Positions 62,143 through 64,000 of a stretch of DNA of 64,000 bases are shown in pieces (position 1 is the stretch's first letter; each line of letters starts with the position of its first letter). The stretch covers positions 1 through 64,000 of the forward strand of contig CAWEHK010000019.1 of NCBI GenBank assembly GCA_963808625.1, read 5' to 3'. The notes beneath the pieces were generated by a model. That model was not told the origin of the DNA. It did not search any database and saw nothing but the letters and a program-made list of their open reading frames with translations. The DNA is from an uncultured delta proteobacterium (GTDB lineage: Bacteria > Desulfobacterota > Syntrophobacteria > Syntrophobacterales > Syntrophobacteraceae). Both the position numbers and the translations under genes were made by a program.

Positions 62143-63558
62143 AATGGATGGCGTTTGCCCCTGAACTATACTGCCTTTTGGCGAGCGCTCTGGTTCCTCG
62201 TGCTGTCGCTGACGGCCGGCCCGATCCGAAGCGGGAACACCGGACCGCGCTCTTTCTGGCGTTACTGGGAGTGATCGTTAGCCTGGCTGCGGTCGGGGCG
62301 GACGGCTATCTCTTCGAAAAGGCTTACCGCGTGGACTTGTTCTCGCAGATTTTCAAGGTAATGCTCTCCACGGGGCTCTTTCTGATCACCTGCATGTGCG
62401 GGAAACTCACCGACATCAGGGACCGCGCACCGCCATGAATTCTATACTTTGCTCTTTGTCTGCACCCTGGCGATGATGCTGCTGGTCAGCGGGAACCATC
62501 TTCTCACCATTTACGTCTCCCTGGAGCTCTCCAGTTATTCCCTGTATGTCCTGGTTGCCCTGAGAAGAGAGCAGGATTTTGGGCTTGAAGCGGGCATCAA
62601 ATATTTCCTGGTCGGCATCTTTGCCTCGGCGGTGATGATCTTCGGGCTTGCCCTCCTTTACGCTGCGGTGGGGACCGCCTATCTCGATGAAATCACGAGG
62701 GTGCTGCCGGGAATCATCAGCCAGCCGGCGGTCATTCTCGGCCTGCTGCTCACCCTCAGCGGGTTCTTCTTCAAACTGGCCGTCTTTCCTTTCCATATCT
62801 GGGCCCCGGATGTCTACCAGGGGGCGATGAACCAGATTGCCGCCTATATCGCCACGGCGTCCAAGGTGGCAGCCATCGCCGTGCTCGTCCGCGTGATTGC
62901 TTCCGCGGGGGAAGGCAGCACCTACCTGGTTCAGGTCCTGGCGGTGCTGTCGATCATTTCGATGACCGTGGGCAACCTGGCGGCCATTGCGCAGCAGGAT
63001 TTGAAGAGGCTGCTGGCCTATTCGACCATTGCCCATGCCGGTTATGTGCTGATCGGGATCTTGAGCCTGAACGCCGCCGGGTATGCCGGAGCGATGTTTT
63101 ATGCCATGGCGGTGCTGGTCATGAAGTTTGCCGTCTTTCTGGTTGTGGTGGAGGTCGCTCAGGACGGTCGGAACGTTCAGATCGAACAGCTTGCCGGGCT
63201 GCACCGCCGCTCGCCGATTCTGGCACTGGCGCTGATGGTGTCGCTCTTCAGTCTTGCCGGCATCCCCCCCACGGTCGGCTTTACCGGGAAATTTCTGGTT
63301 TTTCTGGCAGCTATGGAAAGAGGTTACTTTAGCCTGGTGCTCATTGCCATGATCAACGTCGTCATTTCCCTTTATTATTATCTCCTTGTCATCAAGGCGG
63401 CCTACCTGCTCGAACCCGAAGAAGCATTGCCTCCCCTTCGCGTATCGCCTTCCATCCAATTGCTTTCCGGACTGCTCATTGCGGTGATGATCGTCGCCGG
63501 TCTGTTTCCCAGCTATCTCATCGAACTTGCCGAAGCCGCCGCGCGGGGTTTGGGATAA
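62139..63558 (+). CDS. nuoN: NADH-quinone oxidoreductase subunit N (frameshift near 62430)
   Basis: LELSSYSLY, EAGIKYF, FKLAVFPFHIWAPDVYQG, KRLLAYSTIAHAGY, SLAGIPPTVGF.GK. Confidence 0.93.
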
Positions 63559-63826
63559 TTATTTTTGACTTTCCGGGTCGTTCGGCAGGAATCGCATGTC
63601 ATTTCTGAAGATGCCAGGAAATAAGAGGAGATTGCTTGCCTCCGTTACGTGCGCACAACTGACGCACAGGGGGCAATATCCACAACGCACAAACTGTTGC
63701 CGCTGCCCTGCATAGGGGAAGCGGTGGTAAAGTGGAGGAAACTTCTATCGAACGCCTCAAGAAGGACGGGGCAATTGGTAAAGACCCCGGCAGATTGATC
63801 ATGATCAAAACCGCACACCGCGGATT

Positions 63827-64000
63827 TCATTCAAACTTGCTCTGATCCTTCCCGTACTCTGGATGATAAGGTCCTGCGGGCAAGCCAGATGGCGGGAGAA
63901 AGACCAAAACGTTTGCTTCCTGCGCCAGGGGTTTGTAGGTAGTGATCAAGGCATGCACGGCAGCCTCGACCAACATGCCGATCAAGCCACCGCCACCGCT
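63827..64000 (-). CDS. 3' end of a DUF799/GNA1162-like lipoprotein (runs off the window)
   Basis: Reads SGGGGLIGMLVEAAVHALITTYKPLAQEANVLVFLPPSGLPAGPYHPEYGKDQSKFE* by hand translation. Confidence 0.6.
   Translation of the reverse strand, partial: SGGGGLIGMLVEAAVHALITTYKPLAQEANVLVFLPPSGLPAGPYHPEYGKDQSKFE

Noticed and set aside
63599..63830. Short minus-strand ORFs after the DUF799-like gene
   Set aside because: No recognisable family and the frame is ambiguous.

Overview
Moderately GC-rich bacterial chromosome segment. Gene content and repeat style suggest an anaerobic Desulfobacterota/deltaproteobacterium (inference). Left to right: transposase debris; a TetR-headed futalosine menaquinone operon (mqnE, mqnC, deaminase, mqnA, ubiX) with a complete IS630 element inserted in codon 3 of mqnC; a RimK-like ligase, recN, plsB and ilvE; a candidate anti-SD sRNA; a radical SAM/SPASM gene; a subtilase + MBL-fold hydrolase pair; a 15-kb B12-dependent diol/glycerol dehydratase microcompartment (PDU-like) locus headed by gldA and lacking pduL/Q/W/F; TerC and YeiH-type transporter genes; an operon of GNAT-TraB/TIKI fusion + GNAT paralog + radical SAM/SPASM; a family B DNA polymerase; ydiK; an octaheme HAO-family cytochrome; an 11-subunit complex I operon (nuoA, BCD fusion, H-N, no EFG); and the 3' end of a DUF799-like lipoprotein. 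About 20 genes, including housekeeping ones, carry single-base frameshifts. These are most likely uncorrected long-read errors, so the genes are reported as joined CDSs. Intergenic regions are dense in REP/MITE-like palindromes and short tandem repeats. The best candidates for undescribed systems are the GNAT-TIKI/GNAT/radical SAM operon, the subtilase-MBL pair and the atypical microcompartment. No rRNA, tRNA or CRISPR array was seen.
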